From Myxococcota bacterium (GTDB taxonomy: Bacteria > Myxococcota_A > UBA9160 > UBA6930), in assembly GCA_965223415.1 (NCBI GenBank), contig OZ245002.1, positions 32,001 to 96,000 of the forward strand: a stretch of DNA of 64,000 bases. The letters run 5' to 3'. Shown piece after piece: positions 38,007-48,115 of this stretch. Every line of letters starts with the position of its first letter. The stretch's first letter is position 1. Below the pieces are notes generated by a model. That model searched no databases, was not told where the DNA came from, and saw nothing but the letters and a program-made list of their open reading frames with translations. The position numbers were made by a program, and so were the translations under genes.

Positions 38007-39055
38007 GGGGCCCCCGCCGGCTCCACGGTCAGGGGCAGGCAATGGACGCCCTCCTCGGCCTCGAGGCGGCGGGCCAGCGCGTCCCGCGCCTGCTCGCTGC
38101 GCGCCAGGATCTGGGCGGCGCCATCGCCCTGGGATCCGACCCCCTTGGCGCCGTGGGCAAGCTCGGCGACGGCCGGATGATCGAGGACCTCGTGCAAGCG
38201 CGGGGAGCGGAGCTCTTCACTGGCCGGCGCCACGGCCTCGTCGAACAGGGCCTGGGCCTCGTCGAGAAGCGCTCCCAGGGTGGGGGCGTCTCCGGCCTCC
38301 ACGGCCGCCCGGGCCCGCTGGACGATCCCCCGGTTGGCCTCGCCCAGGCCGTGGCGCACGCGGCTCGCCAGGGCCCCGGTCGCATCGGGGAAGCAGGCGT
38401 TCAGGTCGGCGAGGATGCGGCGGGTGTCCTTCCCGCGCCGCAGGTCGACCACCAGGAAGTGGAGCTCGGCTCCGGGCTCGACGATCTCGACTTCCAGCTC
38501 GTCGCCGTCGAAGGCGACGGAGGTGACCCGTCGCCCGAAGGCGCACACCTGGTCCATGCGCCCGCACTCGCTGCCGGTGCGCCGCTCGCCCGCGTAGGCC
38601 ACGTCCATCTCCGCCGCGACGTCGAGCCCCAGCTCGTAGGCCTGGGAGTAGGCCCGGGCGACCAGCACGCAGACGGCAGCCGAGGACGAGAGGCCCTTGC
38701 GCACCGGCAGGTCCGAGCTCGTCCGAAGCCGGAGGCCGCCGACCTGGAAGCGCTCCACCATTTCCGCGGCGGCCCCCGCGGCATAGCTGAAGAAATCGGC
38801 GCCGGCCGCGGCGTGCGCGAGCGACGCGGGTGTGGCCTGGATGCGGGCCGGCCCGACCTCCTCGCCGTGGGGCAGCACGCTCTCGATCTCGAGGGCGCCG
38901 GCGATGGGCTCGGCCTCGGCCCGGAGCCCCTGGTCGGTGCCGGCGACCAGGCAGAGCCCCGGCGCGATGTCCGGGTGGCTGCGCCGGTAGCCGGCCGCCC
39001 AGTCCGAGTGCTCTCCCATCAGGCACAGACGCCCGGGCACGAAGAGCTCCTTCAA
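38003..39055 (-). CDS. GHMP-family (galactokinase-like) sugar kinase
   Basis: PGRLCLMGEHSDW, LPVRKGLSSSAA, CGRMDQ, GAKGVGSQGDG; TTGA overlap. Confidence 0.85.
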   Translation of the reverse strand: MKELFVPGRLCLMGEHSDWAAGYRRSHPDIAPGLCLVAGTDQGLRAEAEPIAGALEIESVLPHGEEVGPARIQATPASLAHAAAGADFFSYAAGAAAEMVERFQVGGLRLRTSSDLPVRKGLSSSAAVCVLVARAYSQAYELGLDVAAEMDVAYAGERRTGSECGRMDQVCAFGRRVTSVAFDGDELEVEIVEPGAELHFLVVDLRRGKDTRRILADLNACFPDATGALASRVRHGLGEANRGIVQRARAAVEAGDAPTLGALLDEAQALFDEAVAPASEELRSPRLHEVLDHPAVAELAHGAKGVGSQGDGAAQILARSEQARDALARRLEAEEGVHCLPLTVEPAGAP

Positions 39056-40182
39056 CGCACGGCCTCGGCGTAGAGCGCCTCCACCTCCTCCGCCAGGCGG
39101 GCAGGCGTGAAGCAGGCCTCGGCCCGTCGGCGGGCCTCGGTCCCGAACGCCCGGCGCGTCTCGTTGTCGCCGAGCAGTCGCTCCCAGGCCGCCGCCAGGG
39201 CGGCCGGCTCCTCGTCGGCGAGGAGCCCGGTCCGTCCGTCCTGGACGATCTCCGGCAACGCCCCCCTCCGGCTGGTGACGGCCGGGATGCCGCAGGCCGC
39301 CGCCTCGAGGAGCGCCCGGCAGGTGCCGTCGCTCCCGGGCACGAGGAAGGTGAAGAGGTCGATCGAGCGCAGCACCTGGGCATAGTCCTCGCGCCGGTAG
39401 CCGGCAAAAACCACCCGGTCGGCCAGGCCCAGGCGGCGTGCCGGCACCTCGGCGAGCTCTTCCCGGCGGGTCCCCCGGCCGATCACGAGGAGGCGAAAGG
39501 TCGGGTCGCGCTCCGCCAGCCGGGCCGCGGCTTCGAGGAGGAGATCGAAGCGGCGGTGGGGCTGGACCCGCGCGACGATGCCGACGACCCGGTCGTCCGC
39601 CGCTAGGCCGAGCGCGCGCCGGACCTCCGGATCCGGCGGGCTCGGGCGGAAGCGCTCCACGTCGACGGCGCCGAAGGCGCCGCGGGTGGGGCGGCCGCGA
39701 CGCAGCCCCTCGTTGGCGCGGGCGGTGGCCGGCGAAACGCACAGGAGGCCATCGGTGCGGGCACCGAAGAGCCAGCGGCTCCACGGGCGATCCGGAATGG
39801 GCTCGGCCAGGCGATAGGAGCGCACCACCGCCGGCCGGCCTTCCCGCCCCGGCGGGCCGGCTGCGCGAAGGGCGAGCACGTGGTCGCGGGTGTGCCAGCA
39901 GTGGACGAGCTCGATCTTCCGCTCGTCGATCTGGCGGCGCAGGGCGAGAACCGCGGGGCGATCGCCGAGCGGTCGCACCCCGCGCCCCCGGGGCACCTCG
40001 AGCACCGGAGGCAGACCGGCGGCCCGGGCCTCCTCCGCCACGCAGCGGTCGGCGCCTTCGGGCGCGGCGGGACACGCCAGCAGCAGCTCGTGGCCCCGGA
40101 AGCGCTGGCCCTCGGCCAGCCGCAGCATCGGCTCGGCCGGGCCGGTCCACTTCCAGTCGCTGGTGAGCTGGAGGATGCGCAC
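39052..40182 (-). CDS. GT4 glycosyltransferase
   Basis: MRILQL, VDVERF, SDGTCRALLEAAACGIPAV, EIVQDGRTG. Confidence 0.9.
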   Translation of the reverse strand: MRILQLTSDWKWTGPAEPMLRLAEGQRFRGHELLLACPAAPEGADRCVAEEARAAGLPPVLEVPRGRGVRPLGDRPAVLALRRQIDERKIELVHCWHTRDHVLALRAAGPPGREGRPAVVRSYRLAEPIPDRPWSRWLFGARTDGLLCVSPATARANEGLRRGRPTRGAFGAVDVERFRPSPPDPEVRRALGLAADDRVVGIVARVQPHRRFDLLLEAAARLAERDPTFRLLVIGRGTRREELAEVPARRLGLADRVVFAGYRREDYAQVLRSIDLFTFLVPGSDGTCRALLEAAACGIPAVTSRRGALPEIVQDGRTGLLADEEPAALAAAWERLLGDNETRRAFGTEARRRAEACFTPARLAEEVEALYAEAVR

Positions 40183-40185
40183 GAG

Positions 40186-40995
40186 CTAGGGCGCCCGTCC
40201 CGCCTTCCCGGAGTCCGGTGTGTCTTCGCCGGCGCCGAGCTCGTCGAGCTCCCACTGCTTGGCGTACTTCAGGAAGACGTGGAAGGCGGTCGCCGCGGCG
40301 ATGACGAAGCCCGCCACGCCGTCGCGCCAGCCCTGCTTCACGACGAACGCCCGCAGGAAGCGCGCCGGCGGGCGCAGGACCATGTCGCGCAGGGTGTGAC
40401 GCCGGCCCCGCTCCCGGTTGGCCCTCGCCTGGATGCCGCTGAAGTCCTGGATGCGGTCCACCTGGTCGGCCAGGTCGCGATAGCTGCGGTGCTCCGCCTC
40501 GCCCTGGAAGCGACCCGTCGCCCCAGCGCCGGGCGAGAGCTCCACGCGCCCGTGGGGGTTCACGCCGGCCCAACGCCCGGCGCCACGCCGGAGGAAGCGC
40601 AGCTGCCAATCCGGGAAGAACTCCCCGTGACGGATCCAGCGCCCCAGGTGCCAGGTGACCCGGTTCAGTTCCATGGCGGCGACGCCCTCGGGCGGCTGCG
40701 CCAGGAAGGCGCGCACCTCCGCCGCCAGGGGCTCGCCCAGGGACTCGTCCGCGTCGAGGGCCAGCACCCAGTCGCCGCGGGCCTGGTCGAGGGCGAAGTT
40801 CTTCTGCTCCACGTTCCCGTCGTAGGCGCGCACGAAGACCTCGGCGCCGGCCTCCCGGGCGAGCTTCTCCGTCGCGTCCCGGCTCCGGTCGTCCACCACC
40901 ACCACGACCTGGTCGGCGAAGGCGACGGAGACGAGGCAGCGCGGGAGGTCGCGCTCCTCGTTGCAGGCGATGATGCAGACGGAGAGCGAGCCCAC
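40186..40995 (-). CDS. GT2 LPS core glycosyltransferase (WaaE/KdtX-like)
   Basis: LSVCIIACNEE, QKNFALDQARGDWVLALDADE, FLKYAK. Confidence 0.85.
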   Translation of the reverse strand: MGSLSVCIIACNEERDLPRCLVSVAFADQVVVVVDDRSRDATEKLAREAGAEVFVRAYDGNVEQKNFALDQARGDWVLALDADESLGEPLAAEVRAFLAQPPEGVAAMELNRVTWHLGRWIRHGEFFPDWQLRFLRRGAGRWAGVNPHGRVELSPGAGATGRFQGEAEHRSYRDLADQVDRIQDFSGIQARANRERGRRHTLRDMVLRPPARFLRAFVVKQGWRDGVAGFVIAAATAFHVFLKYAKQWELDELGAGEDTPDSGKAGRAP

Positions 40996-43146
40996 CTAGG
41001 AACGCACCCGCTCGACCGCGAGCACGCCCTTCACCTTCTGGATCTCCTTCATCATCGTGCGCAGGGTCTCGACGTCGCCGACCCAGAGGTCGAAGGTCTG
41101 GGTCGCGGTGGCGTCGTCGTGGGTGTCGATGCGGGCGGAGCCGATGTTCACCCCCGCGGTCGAGATCGTCTTGGTCACCTTCGCCAGCAGGCCCGGCGTG
41201 TCCCGAGAGGTGACTTTGATGCGGATGCGACGCTTGACGTCCGACGCCTCCTCCCACTCGACGTCGATGCAGCGCTCCTTGTCCAGCTCGAAGGCGACCC
41301 GGCAGTCCCGGGTGTGAACGGTGACGCCGCGCCCCCGCGTGACGAAGCCGATGATCTCGTCGCCGGGAATCGGCGAGCAGCACTGACCGAAGCGCACCAT
41401 CACGTCACCGTGACCGTCGACACGGATGCCGGTGCCGGCGGGCTTGCGCTCCCGCCGGAAGAGGTCGCGCAACTTGCGCCCCTTCGCTTCCTCCTCCTGG
41501 GGCGGCTTGAGCTCCGGGCGCAGCATCTCGAGCACCGCACGCGACGAGACCCGTCCGTAGCCGATGGCCGCGAAGAGATCCTCCACGCCGCCCTTCACGT
41601 GGCGCGCCACCACCGGCGCCAGCTCGTCCCGCTCCAGAACGCGGGCCAGGGACAGGCCGGCCTTGCGGAGCTCCCGCTCGAGGATGCCCCGCCCGAGCTC
41701 CCGGCTGCGCTCGTTCTCCGCCAGGCGCACCGCGTGGCGGATGCGGCTCTTGGCCTTCCCCGAGACCACGAACTCGAGCCAGTCCTTGTTCGGGGACCGG
41801 TTCGGACTCGTCATCACTTCGACCGTGTCGCCGCTCTCGAGCCGGTGGGAGAGGGGGCGCATGTTCCCGCTCACCTTGGCGCCGGCGCAGTGGTCCCCCA
41901 CCTCGCTGTGGATCGCGTAGGCGAAGTCGAGGGCGGTGGCGCCCCGGGGCAGGCTGATCACGTCGCCGTTCGGCGTGAACACGAAGACCTCGTCCGCGAA
42001 GAGATCGACCTTCACGGTGTCGAGGAACTCGTGGGGGTCGTCCACCTCCTGCTGCCGCTCGAGCAGCTGGCGCAGCCAGTTGAACTTGTCGTCGTCCTGC
42101 TCGCTCCCGCTGTGGCCCTTGTAGCGCCAGTGGGCGGCGATGCCGAGCTCCGCGTGCAGATGCATCTCCTCGGTGCGGATCTGCACCTCGATGCGCTCGC
42201 CGTAGGGTCCGATCACCGTGGTGTGGAGCGACTGGTAGCCGTTCGCCTTGGGCAGGGCGACGTAGTCCTTGAAGCGTCCCGGCACCGGCGGCCACGTGGC
42301 GTGCACCATGCCGAGGGCGGCGTAGACCTGCTCGGCGCCTCCCCTCAACACGATGCGGAAGGCGATCACGTCGTAGATCTGGTCGAGGCTCAGGCCCTGG
42401 TCGGTCATCTTGGCGTGGATCGACGCCAGGTCCTTGAGCCTTCCCGACACCAGGGAGTCGAGCCCGGCCTCCTCGAGACCGCCGGTGAGGATGCCCTTCA
42501 CCTCCTCGATGTAGCGCTCCCGCTCGTCGTGGCGGCCCCGCAGCATGCGTTCGAGCTCGACCACCACGTCCGGATGCAGGGTGCGGAACGCCAGGTCCTC
42601 GAGCTCCCGCTTCATCCAGTCGATGCCGAGCCGATGGGCCAGGGGCACGTAGATGTCCAGGGTCTCCTGGGCGATCGCCTGGCCCTTGTCCGCGGGCATG
42701 TAGTGGAGCGTCCGCATGTTGTGGATGCGGTCGGCCAGCTTGATCAGGAGGATGCGGATGTCCTTGGACATCGCGACCAGCATCTTGCGGAAGTTCTCCG
42801 CCTGGCGAGCGCGGGCCGAGCGGAACTGGACCTTGGAGATCTTGGTGAGGCCCTCCACCAGGAAGGCCACCTCGTCGCCGAAGAGCGCCTGGATCTCCTC
42901 GAGGCTGGCCAGGGTGTCCTCCACGGTGTCGTGGAGAAGCCCGGCGGAAATGGTCACCTCGTCGAGGCGCATGTCGACGAGGATCCCGGCCACCTCCAGC
43001 GGGTGGACCAGGTAGGGCTCCCCGGACAGGCGCTCCTGGCCCTCGTGGACCTTCGCCGAGAAGACGTAGGCCCGCTGCAGGAGCTCGAGATCGCACTCCG
43101 GGTCGTACTCCAGCACGCGGTCGGCGATGTCGTTGAAGCGCAGCAT
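40996..43146 (-). CDS. rel: bifunctional (p)ppGpp synthetase/hydrolase (long RSH)
   Basis: R.SGEPY..HP, LLHDTVED hydrolase motif, RFKDY..PKANGYQSLHT, EVQIRT, TGS and ACT domains. Confidence 0.96.
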   Translation of the reverse strand: MLRFNDIADRVLEYDPECDLELLQRAYVFSAKVHEGQERLSGEPYLVHPLEVAGILVDMRLDEVTISAGLLHDTVEDTLASLEEIQALFGDEVAFLVEGLTKISKVQFRSARARQAENFRKMLVAMSKDIRILLIKLADRIHNMRTLHYMPADKGQAIAQETLDIYVPLAHRLGIDWMKRELEDLAFRTLHPDVVVELERMLRGRHDERERYIEEVKGILTGGLEEAGLDSLVSGRLKDLASIHAKMTDQGLSLDQIYDVIAFRIVLRGGAEQVYAALGMVHATWPPVPGRFKDYVALPKANGYQSLHTTVIGPYGERIEVQIRTEEMHLHAELGIAAHWRYKGHSGSEQDDDKFNWLRQLLERQQEVDDPHEFLDTVKVDLFADEVFVFTPNGDVISLPRGATALDFAYAIHSEVGDHCAGAKVSGNMRPLSHRLESGDTVEVMTSPNRSPNKDWLEFVVSGKAKSRIRHAVRLAENERSRELGRGILERELRKAGLSLARVLERDELAPVVARHVKGGVEDLFAAIGYGRVSSRAVLEMLRPELKPPQEEEAKGRKLRDLFRRERKPAGTGIRVDGHGDVMVRFGQCCSPIPGDEIIGFVTRGRGVTVHTRDCRVAFELDKERCIDVEWEEASDVKRRIRIKVTSRDTPGLLAKVTKTISTAGVNIGSARIDTHDDATATQTFDLWVGDVETLRTMMKEIQKVKGVLAVERVRS

Positions 43147-43207
43147 CGTGAAAACGCCTTACAAACCGGGACCTTGCTCGAAGGTACCGGACGGCGGGAG
43201 AGGGGCG

Positions 43208-43858
43208 CTAGCTCCGCCCTGGGATCGGCAGGACGCCCTTCAGGCTTTCGACCACGGCGGCGCGGTCGAATCGTTCGCGCACGCTGCCGGGCTCGCCCCG
43301 GCGCTCGGCGCGGACGATGGCGAGCACGGCGTCGATGGCCTCCTCGACCACGTCGTTCACCACCGCGTAGTCGAACTGATGGACGGCGGCCAGCTCCACG
43401 TGGGCCGTATCGAGGCGCTTGGCGATCGCCTCCTCGCTGTCGGTGCCGCGACCCCGAAGGCGGTCCTCCAGGTCCTGCCACGAGGGCGGAAGCAGGAAGA
43501 CGAGCCGCGCGTCGTCGCGGCGCGCCCGGAGCTGGCGAGCGCCCTGCACCTCCACCTCGAGGAGGAGGTCGCGGCCGGCCGCCAGGGGCTCGTCGATCGA
43601 CTGCCAGCTCGTCCCGTACTGATTGCCCGCGTACTCGGCGTGCTCGACGAAGCCGCCCGCGGCGACCAGCTCCGCGAAGGCCTCGCTGGTCACGAAGTGA
43701 TAGTGCACGCCGTCCACCTCGGCGGGCCGGCGGGGACGCGTCGTGTGGGAGATCGAGAACTCGATCTGCGGATCCCGCTCGACCACGGCCCGACACACGG
43801 TCGTCTTGCCCGTGCCCGACGGCGCCGACACCACGAAGGGGATGCCCCGGCGGCTCAC
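43208..43858 (-). CDS. gmk: guanylate kinase
   Basis: [32 protein letters not shown]. Confidence 0.96.
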   Translation of the reverse strand: MSRRGIPFVVSAPSGTGKTTVCRAVVERDPQIEFSISHTTRPRRPAEVDGVHYHFVTSEAFAELVAAGGFVEHAEYAGNQYGTSWQSIDEPLAAGRDLLLEVEVQGARQLRARRDDARLVFLLPPSWQDLEDRLRGRGTDSEEAIAKRLDTAHVELAAVHQFDYAVVNDVVEEAIDAVLAIVRAERRGEPGSVRERFDRAAVVESLKGVLPIPGRS

Positions 43859-44136
43859 CCGTCTTCCCCGTCGACGGCGAGACGCGAGGCGATCGTCTCC
43901 GGGTTGATGGCCGAAAGAATCACGAGGTCGCTGTCGGTGACCAGGATCGAGCGCGTGCGGCGGCCCTGGGTGGCATCGAGCAGCTTCCCGCGGTTCGCGG
44001 CCTCCTCTCGCAGCCGGCGCATGGGCGCGGACTGGGGAGAGACGATCGCCACCACCCGCGAGGCCAGGACGAGGTTGCCGTAGCCGATGTTCAGCAGGCG
44101 AAGCGCGCGATCGTCACTCAACCCGTCGGCCCTCAC
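43855..44136 (-). CDS. RemA/DUF370 family protein
   Basis: [34 protein letters not shown]. Confidence 0.92.
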   Translation of the reverse strand: MRADGLSDDRALRLLNIGYGNLVLASRVVAIVSPQSAPMRRLREEAANRGKLLDATQGRRTRSILVTDSDLVILSAINPETIASRLAVDGEDG

Positions 44137-45014
44137 TCCACATTCTGGACCTGCTCGCGGATGCGCTCGAGCTCCGTCTTCAGATCGACGACGTGGTGGG
44201 CGACGGGCGCATCCCCGGCCTTGGAGCCGATGGTGTTCGCCTCGCGCATCATCTCCTGCAGCAGGAAGTCCAGACGCCGGCCGCAGGGCGTCTCGGCGTC
44301 CGCGCCGCCGAGCACGTCGCCGAACTGGTCCACGTGGCTTCGCAGGCGCACGAGCTCCTCGGTGACATCGAGGCGGTCGGCCGCCAGCGCCACCTCCTGG
44401 TGCAGGCGCGCCTCGTCGAGGCTTCCGATCTCCTCGCGGAGCTGCTCGGCCCGCCTGCGGATCCGCTCCCGCGCCCCCGCCTGGACCTCGCCGGATCGGC
44501 TCTCGAGCGCGCCGACGAGATCGAGCACGGCCTGGAGCCGGCCGCGCAGCTCGCGCTCCAGGGCCTCGCCCTCGGCCAGGCGCATGGCGTCGGCCTCGGC
44601 GGCCGCCCCGTCGAGGGCCTCCTCGAGACGCGGTGCCGCGGCCTCGAGGGAGACCTCCTCCTCGACCAGGCGCGCGACCCCGGGGAGCGCCACCAGCCGC
44701 TCGGCGGAGAGCGCGGCCTGCTCGCCGCCGAGCTCTGCGGCGAAGGCGCGGTACTGCGCGGCCACGTCCAGATCGAGCTGGAGCCGGGCCTTCGGCCCGC
44801 TGTTCGGCGGCAGGGCGATCGTGGCGTCCACCCGGCCGCGCTGGAAGCGCTGGCGGAGCTTCGCCTTGAGCCCGGTCTCCAGCGCAGAGAAGAGCCGCGG
44901 CGTCCGCACCGACACGTCCAGGTGTCGGTGATTGACCGTGCGCACCTCCACCGAGAGGGGCAGGCCTTCGAGATCGAGCTCCACGCGCCCGAAGCCGGTC
45001 ATGGAGCGGATCAC
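44133..45014 (-). CDS. yicC: YicC/YloC family endoribonuclease
   Basis: [46 protein letters not shown]. Confidence 0.95.
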   Translation of the reverse strand: MIRSMTGFGRVELDLEGLPLSVEVRTVNHRHLDVSVRTPRLFSALETGLKAKLRQRFQRGRVDATIALPPNSGPKARLQLDLDVAAQYRAFAAELGGEQAALSAERLVALPGVARLVEEEVSLEAAAPRLEEALDGAAAEADAMRLAEGEALERELRGRLQAVLDLVGALESRSGEVQAGARERIRRRAEQLREEIGSLDEARLHQEVALAADRLDVTEELVRLRSHVDQFGDVLGGADAETPCGRRLDFLLQEMMREANTIGSKAGDAPVAHHVVDLKTELERIREQVQNVE

Positions 45015-46030
45015 CCGCGGCGCTCCCCGGCCCGGGCGGCCTCGGCGGCGGCGGGGAGCAGGCCGCGGATCTCGTCGGGGGTCGCGGTGGCCGTGCCGAC
45101 CTTGCCGACCACGACTCCGGCGGCGGCGTTGGCGATCACGGCGGCCTCCAGGAGCGAACCTCCGGCGAGCCGCGCGAGGGTGAGGGCCGCGATGGACGTG
45201 TCGCCGGCGCCCTGCACGTCGTAGACCTCGCTATGGGCGATGGGCACGTCTACCGGCGAAAGCTCCCCTTCGAAAACGGTCATCCCGTCGGCGCCGCGGG
45301 TGACGATGACGTGGGAGCCGCCCAGGCTGCGCCGGAGCTTCGCCACGGCGCGCCCGAGATCGTCCCGGCTGCGGATGCGGATGCCCGTGAGCTGCTCCAC
45401 CTCCCGCTGGTTCGGCTTGACGAGGTCGGCGCCGCGGAAGCTCGCCACGTGCTCCTTCGGATCGACCGTCACGGGCAGGCCCGCGTCGGCCGCGCGCTTC
45501 ATCAGGCCGCGCAGCACGGTCTTGTGCAGGAGCCCCTTGCCGTAGTCCTCGAGCACCAGGCCGTCGCTGCCGGGCAGCGCCGCCTCCACCGCCCGGAGCA
45601 GCCGGCGCGAGGCGGCGCGTCCGATCGGCTCGTCGGTCTCGCGATCGAAGCGCAGCATCTGCTGGGAGCGCGCCTCGACGCGGGTCTTTCGGGTCGTCGG
45701 CCGATCCTCGACCCGCACGACGCCCTGGACGTCGACGCCCAGGTCCTTCAGCAGGTCGATCACCCGGTCGCCGGCCCGGTCGTCGCCGACCACGCCGCAG
45801 AACAGGCAGGTCGCCCCCATCGCGGCGGCGTTGCGCACGACGTTGCCGGCGCCGCCCAGGGCCGTCGACTCCCGCGTCACGTGCACCACGGGCACCGGCG
45901 CCTCCGGGCTCACCCGCTCCACGTCCCCCCACAGGTACTCATCGAGCATCACGTCACCCACCACGAGCAGGCGCACGCGGGCGAAACCTTCGACGAGACG
46001 CTCCAGCCTTCGCAGCTCGAGGCGCGCCAT
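45011..46030 (-). CDS. D-glycero-beta-D-manno-heptose-7-phosphate kinase (RfaE domain I)
   Basis: [47 protein letters not shown]. Confidence 0.93.
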   Translation of the reverse strand: MARLELRRLERLVEGFARVRLLVVGDVMLDEYLWGDVERVSPEAPVPVVHVTRESTALGGAGNVVRNAAAMGATCLFCGVVGDDRAGDRVIDLLKDLGVDVQGVVRVEDRPTTRKTRVEARSQQMLRFDRETDEPIGRAASRRLLRAVEAALPGSDGLVLEDYGKGLLHKTVLRGLMKRAADAGLPVTVDPKEHVASFRGADLVKPNQREVEQLTGIRIRSRDDLGRAVAKLRRSLGGSHVIVTRGADGMTVFEGELSPVDVPIAHSEVYDVQGAGDTSIAALTLARLAGGSLLEAAVIANAAAGVVVGKVGTATATPDEIRGLLPAAAEAARAGERRG

Positions 46031-46031
46031 G

Positions 46032-47147
46032 TCAGCGGGTGAGCCCGCGGGCCTCGAGCTCGCGGGCGGCCTGTTCGACCCGATCGTCGGCCCTCTGGGT
46101 GCGGATCCAGGCGAGCAGGTCGCGCATGCCCTCTTCCAGGGTCGTCCCGGGCGCGTAGCCCAGCTCGCGCCCGATGCGCGAGATGTCGGAGAAGCAGTGG
46201 CGGATGTCGCCGGCGCGGTACTTGCCCACCACGTCCGCCGGCTCGGGGAAGTCGAGTTGCTCCGAGAGCAGCTCCGCGATGCGCAGCACGGAGGTCGGCC
46301 GCCCGGTGCCGACGTTGTAGACCCGGCCGTTCGCCTCGTCCTTCTCCATGGCGAGCAGGTTCGCCTTCACGATGTCCGAGACGTGCACGAAGTCGCGGCT
46401 CTGGAGGCCGTCCTCGAAGATCATCGGCTGGTGGCGGTTCAGGATGCGCGAGGAGAAGATCGCCATCACGCCGGTGTAGGGATTGTTCAGCGATTGGCGC
46501 GGCCCGTAGATGTTGAAGTAGCGCAGGGCCACTGCGGGGATGCCGTAGGCCGCGCCCACCGCCAGGAACATCTCCTCGTGGTCGCGCTTCGTGATCGCGT
46601 AGATCGACGTCGGGACCAGGGGCTTCGCTTCCGGGGTCGGCATCGGCGCGAGCTCGCGGCCCGCGTCGTCGTGCATCTCGAAACGCTGGGCGGCCAGGGC
46701 ACTCTCCGGCCGCAGGGCCGGGAAGACCGTCTCCCCCTCCGGCGTGCGATAGGCGCCCTCGCCGTAGATCGACATGGAGGACGCCACCACCATCTTCCGG
46801 ACGCGATCGCGTCGGGCGACGATCTCCTCGAGCAGCACCGCCGCGCCCACGCTGTTGACCGAGACGTACTGCTCCATCTGGTACATCGACTGCCCGACGC
46901 CGACGGCGGCGGCCTGGTGGTACACCTGGTCGATGCCGTCGAGCGCCCGCGCGACCGCGGCGCGATCGCGCACGTCGCCGATCTGGAGCTCGGCGTCCGC
47001 GTGCAGGTGGGTCGGGCGCACGGCGCCCTCGCCGTGCACCTGGGAATCGAGGTTGTCCAGCACGCGGACCCGATGGCCGGCCGCCACGAGCGCATCCACG
47101 AGATGGGAGCCGACGAAGCCCGCTCCACCGGTCACCAGCACGTTCAA
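46032..47147 (-). CDS. NAD-dependent nucleotide-sugar epimerase/dehydratase
   Basis: VTGGAGFVGSH, SSMSIYGEG, YAITK, RYFNIYGP; TTGA overlap. Confidence 0.92.
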   Translation of the reverse strand: MNVLVTGGAGFVGSHLVDALVAAGHRVRVLDNLDSQVHGEGAVRPTHLHADAELQIGDVRDRAAVARALDGIDQVYHQAAAVGVGQSMYQMEQYVSVNSVGAAVLLEEIVARRDRVRKMVVASSMSIYGEGAYRTPEGETVFPALRPESALAAQRFEMHDDAGRELAPMPTPEAKPLVPTSIYAITKRDHEEMFLAVGAAYGIPAVALRYFNIYGPRQSLNNPYTGVMAIFSSRILNRHQPMIFEDGLQSRDFVHVSDIVKANLLAMEKDEANGRVYNVGTGRPTSVLRIAELLSEQLDFPEPADVVGKYRAGDIRHCFSDISRIGRELGYAPGTTLEEGMRDLLAWIRTQRADDRVEQAARELEARGLTR

Positions 47148-48115
47148 GCCGTGTCTCCTTCGCGTAGGGCGCGAAGCCCCTCGTCCTCCGGACAGCCCCG
47201 CAGGTGCCAGCGGAGGACGATCCAGTCCTGCTCCCATCGCTCGCGCATCCGACGCGAGAGGATCGCCCCCGGCGCGCGCATCACCACGTACAGCGCAGCC
47301 TTGGCGATCCGCAGCGCTTTGATCCCGGCGGCGCGCGGGCCACCGCGGTTCTTGCGGAAGAAGTGGTAGAGGGATCGGTGGTACTCGATCCGCGTCTCGG
47401 CCGGGATCTTCTTCTTCGTGCTGGCGCCGAAGATGTGGACCACGTGGGCGTCGGGCACGTGCATGATCTTCCAGCCGGCGGCCGCGATGCGGTAGCACCA
47501 GTCGGTCTCTTCGAGGAAGAAGAAGTAGTCCTCGGGCATGGGGCCGACCTGGTCCAGGACCTCCTTGCGCACGAACAGACACGCCCCGAGCACCGCCTCC
47601 ACGGGGATCGCCGCGGCGTGCTCGAAGCGCTTCGACGGGAAGCGCCGGGGGAAGAGGGTCTCGAGCACGCCCTTGGGAACCACCTCCGTCGCCAGGCTCG
47701 GATAGTTGTGGATGCAGTTCTGCTTGGAGCGGTCCGGGTTCAGCAGTTGGGGGCCGACCACGCCGACGTCCGGGTGCGCGTCCAGGTAGCGAACGCAGCG
47801 CTCGAGGGCGTCGGGCAGCACCACCGTATCGCTGTTCAGCAGCACCGTGTGGCGACCCTTCGCCCGCCGCAGACCGACGTTGTTGCCCGCGGCGAAGCCG
47901 ATGTTCTCGGGCAGCGCGATCACCTCCGCCCAGTCGAAGCGGCGGCGCACCGCCTCCACGCTGCCATCCTCGGAGCCGTTGTCGACGACCAGGGTCTCGA
48001 CCTCGATGCGGCCCTCGTCCTTGCGCCGGAGGATCTCGCGCTCGATCGACGCCAGGGCGTCGAGGAGCACGTCCCGGGCGTTCCAGGTGACGATCACGAT
48101 CGAGAGGTCGGTCAC
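47144..48115 (-). CDS. GT2 glycosyltransferase (WbbL-like)
   Basis: LSIVIVTWN, VDNGSEDGS, NIGFAAGNN, LLNSD, FLEETDWC. Confidence 0.9.
   Translation of the reverse strand: MTDLSIVIVTWNARDVLLDALASIEREILRRKDEGRIEVETLVVDNGSEDGSVEAVRRRFDWAEVIALPENIGFAAGNNVGLRRAKGRHTVLLNSDTVVLPDALERCVRYLDAHPDVGVVGPQLLNPDRSKQNCIHNYPSLATEVVPKGVLETLFPRRFPSKRFEHAAAIPVEAVLGACLFVRKEVLDQVGPMPEDYFFFLEETDWCYRIAAAGWKIMHVPDAHVVHIFGASTKKKIPAETRIEYHRSLYHFFRKNRGGPRAAGIKALRIAKAALYVVMRAPGAILSRRMRERWEQDWIVLRWHLRGCPEDEGLRALREGDTA

Noticed and set aside
39880..44931. 1683-aa plus-strand ORF and other very long shadow ORFs (e.g. 20472-23471, 10469-13024, 61546-63912)
   Set aside because: They are antisense or off-frame to well-supported genes. 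Stop-codon scarcity from high GC3 explains them, and they have no family motifs.
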